This document shows, one piece after another, positions 29,337 through 39,400 of a stretch of 64,000 bases of DNA. This stretch comes from Candidatus Aenigmatarchaeota archaeon (GTDB taxonomy: Archaea; Aenigmatarchaeota; Aenigmatarchaeia; GW2011-AR5), in assembly GCA_016187335.1 (NCBI GenBank), contig JACPJW010000001.1:853978-917977 (forward strand), written 5' to 3'. Below the pieces are notes generated by a model. The model was not told the DNA's origin and searched no databases. It saw only the letters and a list, made by a program, of their open reading frames with translations. Within the stretch, counting starts at the first letter, position 1; each line of letters starts with the position of its first letter. The translations under genes and the position numbers were made by a program.

Positions 29337-29732
29337 CTAGTTATTCTTGATTTCAGCGCTTTTCACCGCGCTGAGCGATTTCAGCTGCCTTTCAAGCTTT
29401 TTGGAGTCGCTGCATTTTGATACGTCTATGATCGCCGTCCATTCCGCCGTTTTGCCTTTCACGACAGTCTTGCTCATGCTTATCAGTATGTCAACCTTGT
29501 GCTTCGCGACCGTTTCAATAACCTTTGCGAGCGACCCCGGCGTGTCGTTAAGCAGAACGCTGACGTTGGCCGTTGAGGAATTCAGCGGGAATATCCTTAG
29601 TTCCTTTTTCCCGTTGTTGCTTACAATCAGCTCCGTTCCTTCCTTGAGGCCCAAATAATCCCTGATGTGGAAAGGAACTATAATCCTGCCTTTTGAATCT
29701 ACCCTGACAACGTTGAAATTTTTCATAAGCAA
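29337..29732 (-). CDS. AbrB/SpoVT N-domain + ACT-domain protein (paralog of 28959-29324, convergent)
   Basis: N-terminal VRVDSKGRIIVPFHIRDYLGLKEGTEL. The C-terminal VLLNDTPGSLAKVIETVAKHKVDILI is a classic ACT motif. Confidence 0.55.
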   Translation of the reverse strand: MLMKNFNVVRVDSKGRIIVPFHIRDYLGLKEGTELIVSNNGKKELRIFPLNSSTANVSVLLNDTPGSLAKVIETVAKHKVDILISMSKTVVKGKTAEWTAIIDVSKCSDSKKLERQLKSLSAVKSAEIKNN

Positions 29733-29916
29733 TCACGAATTATCAAGATGGAAAGATGGGCCGGGCTTGAAAATAGATTTTTAGAAAAATTATATTCCAT
29801 TTTTGCTTCCCTTGACCACAAACGTCCCACCTAACTTATATAAAGATATTTTTAAAAGGATTGTGCTTAGTGAATATCGTTTATTTTGCTATGCGAAAAA
29901 AATCCGCGTGATTCTT

Positions 29917-30306
29917 ATGGCAGGGAAAAAAAGAGCGAAAAAGGAGAAGAAGACAGCCAAGCAGGCGCCGCCAAAAGCTCCTTCCGTGGAATTCTGCAAG
30001 AAATGCGGCGCGATTCTTGTTCCGCAGAAAAAAAGAACAAACGTTGTCATGAAATGCCGCCATTGCGGCTACGAGCTGAAAAAAAATATCAGGAACCTGA
30101 AGATAGTTGAGGAGAAAAAGAAACCCGCCGGTATAATTGTCTTGGAAAAAGACGACACGCCCCTGCCGATGACAGTAAGGGAATGCCCGAAATGCGAAAA
30201 CCAGAAGGCATGGTACTGGATGCAGCAGACGCGCGCCGCTGATGAGCCGCCGACCCAGTTCTTCCGCTGCACCAGATGCAAGCATGTCTGGCGCGAGTAC
30301 AAGTAG
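29917..30306 (+). CDS. tfs: transcription factor S (TFIIS-type) / RNAP subunit M paralog
   Basis: N-terminal Zn ribbon (FCKKCGAIL...CRHCGY) and C-terminal TFIIS-type ribbon (CPKCENQKAWYWMQQTRAADEPPTQFFRCTRCKHVW, which includes the acidic insertion-hairpin DE). Start chosen at Met 29917. Confidence 0.8.
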   Translation: MAGKKRAKKEKKTAKQAPPKAPSVEFCKKCGAILVPQKKRTNVVMKCRHCGYELKKNIRNLKIVEEKKKPAGIIVLEKDDTPLPMTVRECPKCENQKAWYWMQQTRAADEPPTQFFRCTRCKHVWREYK

Positions 30307-30396
30307 ACCCTTTTTCTTTGAAAGAAAAACCGTCTACGGAAAAAGAACATATTAGTTTTCAATAAAAAGAAAAGCTACATTTTCCAAAAGAAAATA

Positions 30397-30807
30397 TTAC
30401 TTTCTAAAGGCCTTAGCGCAGCTGGGGCAGCAGAAATATTTTGTCGCGCCTTTCACTTTCTCGCTGTGGCCGCCGCTGTATATCTCGCAGCCGCAGTGGG
30501 CGCACGTCTTGAGCCTGTTTTGCACGGCAAGTTCAACCATAGAACCGAATTTTTCTATCATTGCTTTTGAAAATCTTTCGCCGCTTTTCGTCAGAACGTA
30601 AACCTTCTTGTCTCTGGTTCCGACCTTTCGTATTTTCACATAACCAAGATTCTGCAGCTTTTTCAGGAAAGGGTATATCTGTCCGGGCGAGGCGTTCCTG
30701 CCCAGCTTCTCCTTTATCGTTTTGATTATCTCGTAGCCGTGCACCTGCTTTTGCAGAAGCAGCAGTGCGTACAGCTTCACCAAGTTGTCTACCCTGACTT
30801 CTTTCAT
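30397..30807 (-). CDS. PadR-like winged-helix regulator fused to a C-terminal TRASH-type Cys motif (candidate copper-responsive regulator)
   Basis: The N-terminal LLLQKQVHGYEIIKTIKEKLG...GQIYPFLKKLQNLGYV is a PadR signature. The C-terminal CAHCGCEIY...YFCCPSCAKAF is a CxxC-Xn-CxxxC TRASH/YHS-like pattern. Divergent from the copper locus. Confidence 0.6.
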   Translation of the reverse strand: MKEVRVDNLVKLYALLLLQKQVHGYEIIKTIKEKLGRNASPGQIYPFLKKLQNLGYVKIRKVGTRDKKVYVLTKSGERFSKAMIEKFGSMVELAVQNRLKTCAHCGCEIYSGGHSEKVKGATKYFCCPSCAKAFRK

Positions 30808-30884
30808 GAACTATTCTTATGGAAGAATCTTTAAATATATTACTTATCATGATATATCAGATTATGATATATGGAGGCGGTTAA

Positions 30885-31208
30885 ATGGCAAAAAAGAAGG
30901 AATGGAACGCGGCTTTGATTTTTGGCGCCGGTATGCTGGCTATGCTAATGCTTCTGACAGCATGGAATTACGCAACTGCACCGCGCTATCCCAACGCTTA
31001 CATGATGCCTATGGCGAGGATGATGATGGGAAGCGCAAGAAGCGTTGATTGCGGCTCCCTGACGGAAAACGACCTGGAAATAATAGGTGACAGCATGATG
31101 GGTCAGATGATCGGCGACGAACAGCTGCATGAGCAGATGGACGCACAAATGCGCGATGAAAGGGTAATGCATATACTCATGGCAAAGATGATGACCGGTT
31201 GTCGATAA
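30885..31208 (+). CDS. Met-rich membrane/secreted protein (candidate Cu(I)-binding)
   Basis: 107 aa with a signal anchor and dense Met clusters (MMPMARMMMGS, MMGQMIGDEQLHEQMDAQM, MAKMM). Met-rich motifs are known Cu(I) ligands in CopC/PcoC/CusF-type proteins. Confidence 0.5.
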   Translation: MAKKKEWNAALIFGAGMLAMLMLLTAWNYATAPRYPNAYMMPMARMMMGSARSVDCGSLTENDLEIIGDSMMGQMIGDEQLHEQMDAQMRDERVMHILMAKMMTGCR

Positions 31209-31223
31209 TGGAGGTATGATATC

Positions 31224-31460
31224 ATGGCACTGAACGAAAAAGCCTTTGCGTTCGCGTCAGCGGCAGTAACCGCTTTGACCGACGTGGCGGGCTATGTGTG
31301 GCACGGCCTGCTTCAGCAGCCGAGCATGATGAACACGCTGTATCCGGGATTCTGGAGCGACTGGACACTGATGGCTCTAGGTTTGATCGGAACAGTTGTT
31401 GGCGCCTACATATTGGGCTACGTGTTCGCATGGGCTTACAACAAGCAGAGCAAGAAGTAA
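31224..31460 (+). CDS. small membrane protein
   Basis: 78 aa with two hydrophobic segments. Confidence 0.4.
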   Translation: MALNEKAFAFASAAVTALTDVAGYVWHGLLQQPSMMNTLYPGFWSDWTLMALGLIGTVVGAYILGYVFAWAYNKQSKK

Positions 31461-31472
31461 ATCAATAAAGAA

Positions 31473-31685
31473 GTGATGAAAAGAATGGTGAAACAAAATC
31501 TGGACAGACTTGACAGGGTCCTGCGCTTTGCGCTCGCCTTCTGGTGGCTCGGGCCTCTTGCCCCGCAATACAGCGCCGTGTGGGCAAACTGGATTATAGC
31601 TGCTATAGGCTGGATCGCGCTCATAGAGAGCTTCATCGGCTGGTGCTGGCTGCATGACATGCTTGGCATAAAAAAGGGTAGGTGA
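31473..31685 (+). CDS. small inner-membrane protein (YgaP-like DUF2892-type)
   Basis: 70 aa. A Trp-rich two-TM pattern (FWWLGPLAPQYSAVWANWIIAAIGW) is typical of the DUF2892 family. Confidence 0.4.
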   Translation: MMKRMVKQNLDRLDRVLRFALAFWWLGPLAPQYSAVWANWIIAAIGWIALIESFIGWCWLHDMLGIKKGR

Positions 31686-31755
31686 TTTCATGGCAAAGAA
31701 GAAGGAAAGGAAGCACGGCTGCTGCTGAGTTTTTTGTTTTTTATCTTCTTTTTAA

Positions 31756-32004
31756 TTGATTCGGCGGGATGATTTTATGAAAGAAAAATGCCTGGTATGC
31801 GGCATGGAAAAAATTTATTCAAACCAGCATAAATGCAAGAGAAGCAAGCTTCTCTGTAAGATGTGCGGCATGGCGGTAAACTATGAAAGCGCCGAATATT
31901 TTATGAATTTTGTTTTCTGCTCCAAGAGGTGCAGGATTCTGTTTGAAAATCTGCTTGAAAAAACAAACGTTAAGGATTTATTTGAGAGAGAAATTGTAAT
32001 TTAG
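31756..32004 (+). CDS. TRASH/YHS-type metal-binding zinc-finger protein (metallochaperone-like)
   Basis: CLVCGMEK ... [26 protein letters not shown]: two CxxCGM units as in TRASH domains. Immediately upstream of copA. Confidence 0.5.
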   Translation: MIRRDDFMKEKCLVCGMEKIYSNQHKCKRSKLLCKMCGMAVNYESAEYFMNFVFCSKRCRILFENLLEKTNVKDLFEREIVI

Positions 32005-32012
32005 GGGTAACC

Positions 32013-34121
32013 ATGGCAAAAGACGTAATATGCGGCATGTACGTTGACGAGAAGACGCCGTTCAGGGCGGAGCAGGACGGCGTAAAGTATTACTTCTGCA
32101 GCCAGAAGTGCCTTGACACGTTTTTGCAGCCGCAGGTTGAGATGAGAAAGCTGAAATACCTGACGGTGTTCGCTTTGACTTTCGGCTTCCTTACCGCGTT
32201 CTTTGAATATTTCTACCCTGTGTCGCCTTTCGGCCTGCCTAACTACGTTCTATTGTTTCTGTTAGCCACGCCGGTCCAGTTCGTAGCCGGCTGGCGCTTC
32301 TACCAGGGCGCGCGCGACGCTGTAAAGGCAAAGCAGGCGAACATGGACCTTCTCATTGCCATAGGCACGAGCGCCGCGTGGATTTACTCAACGCTGTACA
32401 CATTCCAGGGCATTTTGTGGCCAAGGTTCCTGCCGTCAGTGTCAGCAGGAACGGAGGTTTATTTCACGGAATCCGGGCTCATTATTGGCTTCATCCTTCT
32501 CGGAAAATACATGGAGCACATCGTTAAAGGAAGGGCGTCGCGGGCAATAAGCCGCCTGATTGACTTGCAGCCCAGGATGGCAACAGTTGTCAGAAAGGGA
32601 AAGGAAATTCAGGTGCCCGTAGAGCAGGTGAAAGTCGGAGATGTTATCATCGTAAAGCCCGGCGAGAAAATACCCGTTGACGGGCTGGTTGTTGACGGCT
32701 ATTCTTCCGTTGACCAGTCAATGATAACCGGAGAAAGCATTCCTGTGGAAAAAAAGAAAGGCGACGAGGTAATCGGTGCGACCATAAACAAAACGGGCTT
32801 GCTGAAAGTAAAAGCGACTAAGGTGGGAAGCGACACAACGCTGTCGCAGATAGTCAAGATGGTCCAGGAAGCGATTGTCTCAAGGACGCCGATGCAGCGC
32901 CTGGCCGACGTTGTTTCGTCTTATTTCGTGCCTGCTGTGGTGCTCATAGCCGTATCTTCCTTCCTGTTCTGGTATTACATAGCTGGCCTGGAGTTCTCTT
33001 TGGCATTCACGATGCTCATCGCCGTGCTGATTATCGCATGCCCTTGCGCCCTGGGCATTGCCACGCCCGCTGCAATAATGATAGGCGCGGGCAAGGGCGC
33101 GCAATACGGTATCCTGATAAAAAGCGGCGAGTATCTCGAAAAGGCGAGAAAGATTAACGTTATTGTTTTTGACAAGACGGGAACGCTGACAAGGGGTGAA
33201 CCGTCAGTAACAGACGTGATGCCAATAAGCGGCAGCGACAAGGATGTTCTCCGGTACGCAGCGATAGCTGAGAAAGGCTCGGAGCATCCGCTTGGTGAAG
33301 CGATCGTCCGCGCTGCGCAGGAAAAAAGAATAAAAATACCTTCTGCAGGCAGATTCCGCGCAATTCCTGGTCACGGCGTGGAAGCTTCCTATCAGGGAAA
33401 GAAAATCCTGCTGGGGAACAGGAAATTAATGGGAAAGAGCAAGATAAAGATTGGGAGCGAGGAAAAAATTCAGCAGCTTGAAAATGAGGGAAAAACCGTC
33501 ATGCTTCTGGCAGTCAATAAAAAACTTCTCGGCATGATTGCTGTCGCCGACACGCTGAAGGAAGAATCAGCGGAAACCGTGGAGAAGCTTCATAGTATGA
33601 ACATTGAGACTGTCATGATAACCGGCGACAACCCCAGGACAGCTGATGCCATAGCATCAAAGTTAGGAATAAAGCGCGTGCTTGCGGAAGTGCTGCCGCA
33701 GGACAAGGCAAAAGAAATAAAAAAGCTGCAAAAAGAAGGTAAGATAGTTGCTATGGTCGGCGACGGCATAAACGACGCGCCCGCGCTTGCGCAGGCTGAT
33801 GTCGGCATCGCCGTAGGCGCGGGAACGGACGTTGCAAAGGAAACCGGCGGCATAATATTGATCAAGAACGACCTCCGCGACGTTGTGTTCAGCATTGAAT
33901 TGAGCAGGAAAACCGTGAGGAAGATAAAGGAGAATCTTTTCTGGGCGTTCTTCTATAACATCGCCCTCATCCCGGTTGCCGCCGGTGCCCTGTATCCTTT
34001 CGGGATACTGCTTAATCCTGTTTACGCCGCGATAGCGATGGCGCTCAGCTCCGTCACGGTCGTCGGCAACTCCATGCTGCTGAACCTGTACAATCCGAAA
34101 AAAGGTGATGCGCATCAATGA
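32013..34121 (+). CDS. copA: copper-translocating P1B-type ATPase
   Basis: N-terminal TRASH/YHS metal-binding domain (ICGMYVD...YYFCSQKC), TM CPC motif (IIACPCALG), DKTGTLT phosphorylation site, GDGINDAP hinge, and HP motif (SEHPLGEA). Confidence 0.9.
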   Translation: MAKDVICGMYVDEKTPFRAEQDGVKYYFCSQKCLDTFLQPQVEMRKLKYLTVFALTFGFLTAFFEYFYPVSPFGLPNYVLLFLLATPVQFVAGWRFYQGARDAVKAKQANMDLLIAIGTSAAWIYSTLYTFQGILWPRFLPSVSAGTEVYFTESGLIIGFILLGKYMEHIVKGRASRAISRLIDLQPRMATVVRKGKEIQVPVEQVKVGDVIIVKPGEKIPVDGLVVDGYSSVDQSMITGESIPVEKKKGDEVIGATINKTGLLKVKATKVGSDTTLSQIVKMVQEAIVSRTPMQRLADVVSSYFVPAVVLIAVSSFLFWYYIAGLEFSLAFTMLIAVLIIACPCALGIATPAAIMIGAGKGAQYGILIKSGEYLEKARKINVIVFDKTGTLTRGEPSVTDVMPISGSDKDVLRYAAIAEKGSEHPLGEAIVRAAQEKRIKIPSAGRFRAIPGHGVEASYQGKKILLGNRKLMGKSKIKIGSEEKIQQLENEGKTVMLLAVNKKLLGMIAVADTLKEESAETVEKLHSMNIETVMITGDNPRTADAIASKLGIKRVLAEVLPQDKAKEIKKLQKEGKIVAMVGDGINDAPALAQADVGIAVGAGTDVAKETGGIILIKNDLRDVVFSIELSRKTVRKIKENLFWAFFYNIALIPVAAGALYPFGILLNPVYAAIAMALSSVTVVGNSMLLNLYNPKKGDAHQ

Positions 34122-35259
34122 GAAAAAAGTGGCTTCATTTATCATAGCCATACTCATACTGTCAATTTTGGCGATAATCATATTGTCCGTGTCAATGGCA
34201 TGGTTCTTTTTCAAGTCGCCGCCAAAGACCGGCGGGATTTCCGAGAATGTCCTGAAATCTTCAATGAAAGGGATGATGGGCTACGCATCGCCTGATGACA
34301 TTCCAATTAGGACTCCGCATGACAGGACACCGTTAAGCTTTAATGAGAAAGACGGCGTCAAAGAATTCCGTCTTTCTGCGGAGCCTATAAGATGGGAATA
34401 CGCGAACGGCTATTACGTGACAGCATGGGGGTTCAACGGCCAGGTGCCGGGACCGGAGATACGCGTTTCAGAAGGCGACAGGGTGAGAATAATTTTCACG
34501 AATAACCTTCCAAAGGCAACAGCAGTCCACTGGCACGGCGTAAACGTCCCTAACGGCATGGATGGCGTTCCCGGCGTTACGCAGGAAGCTGTAAAGCCCA
34601 ATGAAACTTTCGTTTACGAATTCACAGCAGAACCAAAAGGCACAAGATACTACCATGCCCACGGCTCGTCGCACATGGACGAGGCCCAGCAGCTTGACAT
34701 GGGATTGTACGGCGCATTCATAATAGAGCCAAGCAACTTTTCAGAAAAGTTGCATCAAAACGGTAAATACGACAAGGAATTTACGCTGCTGCTTGACGAA
34801 TGGGAAATCATGCCCGATGGAACAAACGCTGCCATGCTGCCAGGAATGCATTCAATGGACCATAACGTTTTTACCATAAACGGAAGAGCTTTTCCCGACA
34901 CGGAGCCGCTCAATGTCGCGGAAGGAGATAAGGTTCTTGTGAGAATAATAAACGCCGGCTCGTCAACGGCACATCCCATGCACTTGCACGGGCATTCCTT
35001 CAAAATTGTTGCCGTTGACGGGAATCCCGTGCAGGCGGGGGCGCAGATTGTGAGGGACACCCTGCCTGTGAGCCCGGGAGAGCGATATGATATAGAAATC
35101 ACGGCCGGCAATCCCGGAACATGGATATTCCACTGCCACGAGCTTCATCATGCGGACGGCGGGATGATAATACCTTTTATGTATGAAGGGTATGATAACA
35201 TAAGCAGGCCGCCATCCCAAAAAGTGCCGGGCTTGGGGCACGAAATGCACGGAGGATAA
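34105..35259 (+). CDS. multicopper oxidase (two/three cupredoxin domains)
   Basis: HWHG (type 2/3 Cu site), HxH (HAHGSSH), C-terminal [12 protein letters not shown] (type 1 Cu Cys plus His pairs), and an N-terminal signal anchor. Overlaps the copA 3' end by 17 nt. Confidence 0.8.
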   Translation: MMRINEKKVASFIIAILILSILAIIILSVSMAWFFFKSPPKTGGISENVLKSSMKGMMGYASPDDIPIRTPHDRTPLSFNEKDGVKEFRLSAEPIRWEYANGYYVTAWGFNGQVPGPEIRVSEGDRVRIIFTNNLPKATAVHWHGVNVPNGMDGVPGVTQEAVKPNETFVYEFTAEPKGTRYYHAHGSSHMDEAQQLDMGLYGAFIIEPSNFSEKLHQNGKYDKEFTLLLDEWEIMPDGTNAAMLPGMHSMDHNVFTINGRAFPDTEPLNVAEGDKVLVRIINAGSSTAHPMHLHGHSFKIVAVDGNPVQAGAQIVRDTLPVSPGERYDIEITAGNPGTWIFHCHELHHADGGMIIPFMYEGYDNISRPPSQKVPGLGHEMHGG

Positions 35260-35260
35260 A

Positions 35261-35758
35261 ATGTTAAGCAACATTTCATTGAGCAGGAAAAACATCGGCG
35301 CGATAATCATAGTCATATCGCTTTTCATCTTCGTGCTTTCATACCTCTACATGGACACCGTGAAAAAGCTGGATGCGCAGCTCCACAAGGACTGCGACCT
35401 GCCTGACGAGATATGCCCGTTCAAGAAGAACATACCGCCCGAAGCTGCGGCGGGCTTCGCCGTTTCAGCCGTTACAGGCTTGTTCGGCGCTTTCGTTTAT
35501 TTTTCCTCTCCCAAAAACGAAAAGGAAGTCGCGGAAAAATTAAGCAGGAGCAAAGAAATTCTCTCAAGGCTTGACATCGACGAAAAGAAAATCTACGGCA
35601 TGATAGCAGAAAGCGGCTCAGTGTTCCAGAGCGAGCTTGTTGAGAAGAGCGGCATGAGCAAGGTGAAGATAACGCGATTATTGGATAGATTAGAGTCAAA
35701 AGGCGTCGTGGAAAGGAAGAGAAGGGGCATGACGAACATAGTCATGGTGAAGCAGTAA
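35261..35758 (+). CDS. membrane-anchored winged-helix (MarR-like) transcriptional regulator
   Basis: N-terminal TM, a second hydrophobic segment, and a C-terminal wHTH (ESGSVFQSELVEKSGMSKVKITRLLDRLESKGVVERK). Confidence 0.5.
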   Translation: MLSNISLSRKNIGAIIIVISLFIFVLSYLYMDTVKKLDAQLHKDCDLPDEICPFKKNIPPEAAAGFAVSAVTGLFGAFVYFSSPKNEKEVAEKLSRSKEILSRLDIDEKKIYGMIAESGSVFQSELVEKSGMSKVKITRLLDRLESKGVVERKRRGMTNIVMVKQ

Positions 35759-35882
35759 AACGAAGAATTTCTCTTTCATCTAATTCTATTTTAATTGCAG
35801 AACAAAATGGAAGTTCAAATAGCTCGGTAAGTTGCCAGAACCAAGCATTACCATCAACTTTATTATGCCGATATTCACATAA

Positions 35883-37193
35883 ATGATTATCATGAAAAAC
35901 AAAAAAGGCCATTACAAGCTGAAGCGCTCGCTGGGATTGCTTGAGTTGTCTTTGTACGGCATCGGGATAATCCTCGGCGCCGGGATTTACGCCCTGATAG
36001 GCGTTGGCGCAGGGATTGCCGGAAATGCGTTGTGGATTTCCTTTGTCGTAGCGGCGATGATAGCGGCTTTTACGGGGCTGAGCTACGCGGAACTGTCTTC
36101 TATATATCCTAAGGAAGCCGCGGAATACAATTACACGAAAAATGCGTTCAATAGAAAATACCTGTCGTTCAGCGTAGGCTGGCTCATGGTCGTCGCAAGC
36201 GTCGTCGCGGCTGTTACCGTGGCTTTCGGCTTCGCAGGTTATTTCACGCACATGTTCGGCGGCAACGTAACAATTGTCGCTGCCGCTCTGGTCCTGGTTC
36301 TTTCGGCCATAAATTACATCGGGATAAAGGAGTCATCCGCCTTTAACATAGTTTCCACTATTATTGAAAGCGCAGGCCTGCTGATTGTGATTTTTGTAGG
36401 GCTGCTCTTTTTCGGCTCAAACGGAGTCAGTGTCGACCTGTTCGAGACCCCGGGCAGTGCGGGCATTCCTGCAATCCTTTCCGCGACGGCGCTGATATTC
36501 TTCGCTTACCTGGGCTTCGAGGACATTGTCAACGTTTCCGAAGAGACGAAAAACGCAAAAAAGATTGTCCCGAAAGCGCTTTTGATAGCGATAGTCGTGT
36601 CCACGGTGCTTTACATTCTGGTGGCCCTCTCCGCCGTGAATATCTTGGGATGGGAAAGGCTTGCCGCGAGCAAGGCGCCGCTCACGGAGGCGGTTTCTTC
36701 GGTAATTCCTAACAGCGATTTCATGTTTTCGCTCATTGCGCTTTTTGCAACGGCGAACACGGCGCTGATACTGCTCATTGTCGGCTCGCGCATACTTTAC
36801 GGCATGTCTTCGGACCGCTCCATGCCCGAAATGTTCTCCGTCATAGGCAAGAGGGGAACGCCTTATTTCTCCGTCGCGGCTGTCGCGCTTGCCTCGATGG
36901 CTGTAACCTCTGTCGGAAACATCAAGGCTGTTGCGTCGATAACCGACATCACGCTGTTCATCATCTATTTCGCCGTCAACGCGTCGCTGATTGCGCTGCG
37001 ATATAAACAGCCCAATGCGAAAAGAACTTTCAGGACTCCCCTGAACATCGGAAAATTCCCGGTCCTCGCTTTCCTCGGCCTGCTTTCCTCGCTCTTCATG
37101 CTGTTTTATTTTGAGAAGGACCTCATCGTCATCGAAATCGCCCTCATCCTTGCGGGCTTCGTTCTTTACAAGGCTTTCGGCAAGAAACAGTGA
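35883..37193 (+). CDS. APC-superfamily amino acid/polyamine permease
   Basis: 12 predicted TM segments. The N-terminal LGLLELSLYGIGIILGAGIYALIG is typical of the APC family. Confidence 0.8.
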   Translation: MIIMKNKKGHYKLKRSLGLLELSLYGIGIILGAGIYALIGVGAGIAGNALWISFVVAAMIAAFTGLSYAELSSIYPKEAAEYNYTKNAFNRKYLSFSVGWLMVVASVVAAVTVAFGFAGYFTHMFGGNVTIVAAALVLVLSAINYIGIKESSAFNIVSTIIESAGLLIVIFVGLLFFGSNGVSVDLFETPGSAGIPAILSATALIFFAYLGFEDIVNVSEETKNAKKIVPKALLIAIVVSTVLYILVALSAVNILGWERLAASKAPLTEAVSSVIPNSDFMFSLIALFATANTALILLIVGSRILYGMSSDRSMPEMFSVIGKRGTPYFSVAAVALASMAVTSVGNIKAVASITDITLFIIYFAVNASLIALRYKQPNAKRTFRTPLNIGKFPVLAFLGLLSSLFMLFYFEKDLIVIEIALILAGFVLYKAFGKKQ

Positions 37194-37370
37194 AACTTTT
37201 TCCAGAAATTCCTCAGAATCTGAGCTTGTTCACGACGCCGTCCAGTGCCTTGGCAAATTTCTTGTGCAAAATAATTTCAGAAACCTCGTTGGCGAAGTCG
37301 CCGAATCTGTGCTTTCTGACCTTGTTTTTCACGAATCCTATTGGCATGAAAGTGATTTCTTCCGTAGCGT

Positions 37371-37805
37371 TCACCCCGCGCCGCTGATTTTCTTTCGGGG
37401 CATCAGGTAGAGTGAAACAAGCCTGTCAGCAAGCTTGTCCTCGTATTTCATCAGGTCTGTTGCAGTTACCATGCCTATGCACCTGTTGTCCTTGCATACT
37501 GGCAGCCGCTTGATGTTGTGCTTCAGCATAAGTCTTGCAGCTTCTTCCAGCGTCGTTTCCGGCGTTATCGTGATGACTTTTTTTGTCATTATGTTTTTTA
37601 TCAGCGTGTCCGGGCTTTTCCCTGCTGCAAACGCCTTTAAAATATCCCGCTCCGTGATGATGCCGCTCAGCTCAAAGCTGTCAACAACAATCAGGGAGCC
37701 GATGCCGTACTTGCTCATGACCTCGGCGGCAAACCTTATTGTTTCGCCTGGCTCGATTATTTTCAGCTTCGTGCTCATGATTTCCTTGACTTTCATCGGT
37801 TTCAA
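37371..37805 (-). CDS. CBS domain pair protein
   Basis: Two CBS motifs (VKEIMSTKLKIIEPGETIRFAAEVMSKYGIGSLIVV and IMTKKVITITPETTLEEAARLMLKHNIKRLPV). Confidence 0.75.
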   Translation of the reverse strand: MKPMKVKEIMSTKLKIIEPGETIRFAAEVMSKYGIGSLIVVDSFELSGIITERDILKAFAAGKSPDTLIKNIMTKKVITITPETTLEEAARLMLKHNIKRLPVCKDNRCIGMVTATDLMKYEDKLADRLVSLYLMPRKKISGAG

Positions 37806-37908
37806 TTCCTCCGCTGATGACTTAACATTATAGTTCCTTGCTTATAAATAGCTAGATGAAACTAGTTTCACCTTATCCGATATATGGTGTTTCATTTATT
37901 CTAAATGC

Positions 37909-38643
37909 ATGAACGAAAAGGAAAACGGCAACAAAGAAAAGCGCGGGGAAGTCGTAAACCTGAGCATCCCGCTGGAAACAATAACCATCGTCCTGGCAGT
38001 TGCCCTGGTCATCGTGGTTGTCTACAACCAGCTGGCAATCAACGAGCTCGGCTACCTTGCGGCTGCGGTCGGCGCGTCGCCGGAAAACCAGAACGCCGCT
38101 CAAAGCGCTGTATTAAGCAGCATTGACGTGACTCCGAAAGGCGTTCCGGCGGTGTACGGAGCGGAACTCGGAATAAGCTACGATGACGTGAGCGCAGGCA
38201 ATCCCCAGAAAGCCGATGCAACGATACAAAAATTAGCGGCATATGACACAAGCATAGAGCTTGATGCGCAGCAGCTTGAGCGGTACGTGAAAATTGCAGG
38301 CCAGATATCCTGCGAGTACTGCTGCGGGGCCGACTCAATTATCTTCACGAAGGATTCAGGACAGTACAAGAAGGGCGACGCGGCATGCGGCTGCGCGCAC
38401 AGCTACGCGATGAGGGGCTTGGCGAAATACCTGATAACGCAGCACGGTGACGAATTCACGGACGACCAGATACTCGAGGAACTGGGCAAGTGGAAGACGC
38501 TGTTCTTCCCTGACATCCTGGCACAGAAAGCTGCAGTGCTCCAGGATAAAGGAATAGAGCTTAACTACGTGAACCTTGCCTCCAACAAGTACAGGAACAT
38601 AGAAGCGGGAACTGACGGAGGCGGAATGGTAGGAGGTTGCTGA
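37909..38643 (+). CDS. secreted/membrane-anchored Cys-motif protein (PCYCGC-like motifs) ending in GGGMVGGC
   Basis: N-terminal TM, SCEYCCGADS and ACGCAHS motifs, and a C-terminus GTDGGGMVGGC*. First gene of a co-directional cluster. Confidence 0.45.
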   Translation: MNEKENGNKEKRGEVVNLSIPLETITIVLAVALVIVVVYNQLAINELGYLAAAVGASPENQNAAQSAVLSSIDVTPKGVPAVYGAELGISYDDVSAGNPQKADATIQKLAAYDTSIELDAQQLERYVKIAGQISCEYCCGADSIIFTKDSGQYKKGDAACGCAHSYAMRGLAKYLITQHGDEFTDDQILEELGKWKTLFFPDILAQKAAVLQDKGIELNYVNLASNKYRNIEAGTDGGGMVGGC

Positions 38644-38647
38644 ATTT

Positions 38648-38671
38648 GAAACTTTGCTTCTCCAAAGTTTC
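38648..38671. repeat. B-type hairpin (GAAACTTT-N8-AAAGTTTC) in the intergenic spacer between 38643 and 38697
   Basis: Perfect 8-bp inverted repeat, a member of the AACTTTT/AAAAGTT hairpin family seen elsewhere in the window. Confidence 0.55.
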
Positions 38672-38696
38672 ATCAAAAGAGACTAGTGGTGAATAA

Positions 38697-38888
38697 ATGA
38701 ACGTAAATATCTTGTTTGCAGTATTCATGGCTGTCCTGCTTGTGCTGTCCGTGTTCCAGACGATGCAGATAACAAGCATAAAGAGCGAGCTGAAAACAAA
38801 AATATCTGCCTCGCCGTCTGCCGCATCAAGCAGTCAAAGCCAGGGAAGCACGGGCTCCAGCAGCTCCGGAATGGTCGGTGGGTGCTGA
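38697..38888 (+). CDS. small single-TM protein with Ser-rich tail ending in SGMVGGC
   Basis: 63 aa. Shares the C-terminal GMVGGC-stop with the upstream gene at both amino-acid and nucleotide level (ggaatggtNggNggNtgctga). Stop overlaps the next start (TGATG). Confidence 0.4.
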   Translation: MNVNILFAVFMAVLLVLSVFQTMQITSIKSELKTKISASPSAASSSQSQGSTGSSSSGMVGGC

Positions 38889-39400
38889 TGATAGCCTTCT
38901 TTGCTTTTTTTATTATTTTTTTGCTTTCGCTGGCGCAGAAATCTTTCGCCCACTGCCCGCTGTGCGTGGCTGCAACGGGCTCTGTGGTGGCTGCATCAAG
39001 GGTAATGGGAGTTGACGATGCCATAACCGGAACGTTCGCGGGAGCTTTCATAATATCGACAGCATTGTGGACGGACAAAATGCTTTCAAAAAGAAAAGTC
39101 CATCTGCCTTTGCAGCCATACCTGCTGTCGGCGCTATTCATTACAATGACATTCGCAGGGTTTTACCTTTTCGGATTCGTCGGGACCGAGCCGGGATTCC
39201 TTAGCATAATGGGGATCGAGAGGCTCTCTTTTGGCATCATTGCCGGAAGCTTAATAGTCCTGATTTCGTATGAAGCTCACAACTTTTTGAGAAAATCGAA
39301 CAGCGGCAGGAATCACATACCTTTCCAGGGAATTCTTGTGCCGATAATTGCTCTGGTCATTTTTGACGTGCTGATGTACGTAGCAGGTGTGTTCGGATGA
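38888..39400 (+). CDS. integral membrane protein with HCPLC motif
   Basis: 4-5 TM segments and a CPLC pair at the start of the first TM (AHCPLCVAATG). Candidate thiol/metal-handling membrane protein. Confidence 0.45.
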   Translation: MIAFFAFFIIFLLSLAQKSFAHCPLCVAATGSVVAASRVMGVDDAITGTFAGAFIISTALWTDKMLSKRKVHLPLQPYLLSALFITMTFAGFYLFGFVGTEPGFLSIMGIERLSFGIIAGSLIVLISYEAHNFLRKSNSGRNHIPFQGILVPIIALVIFDVLMYVAGVFG

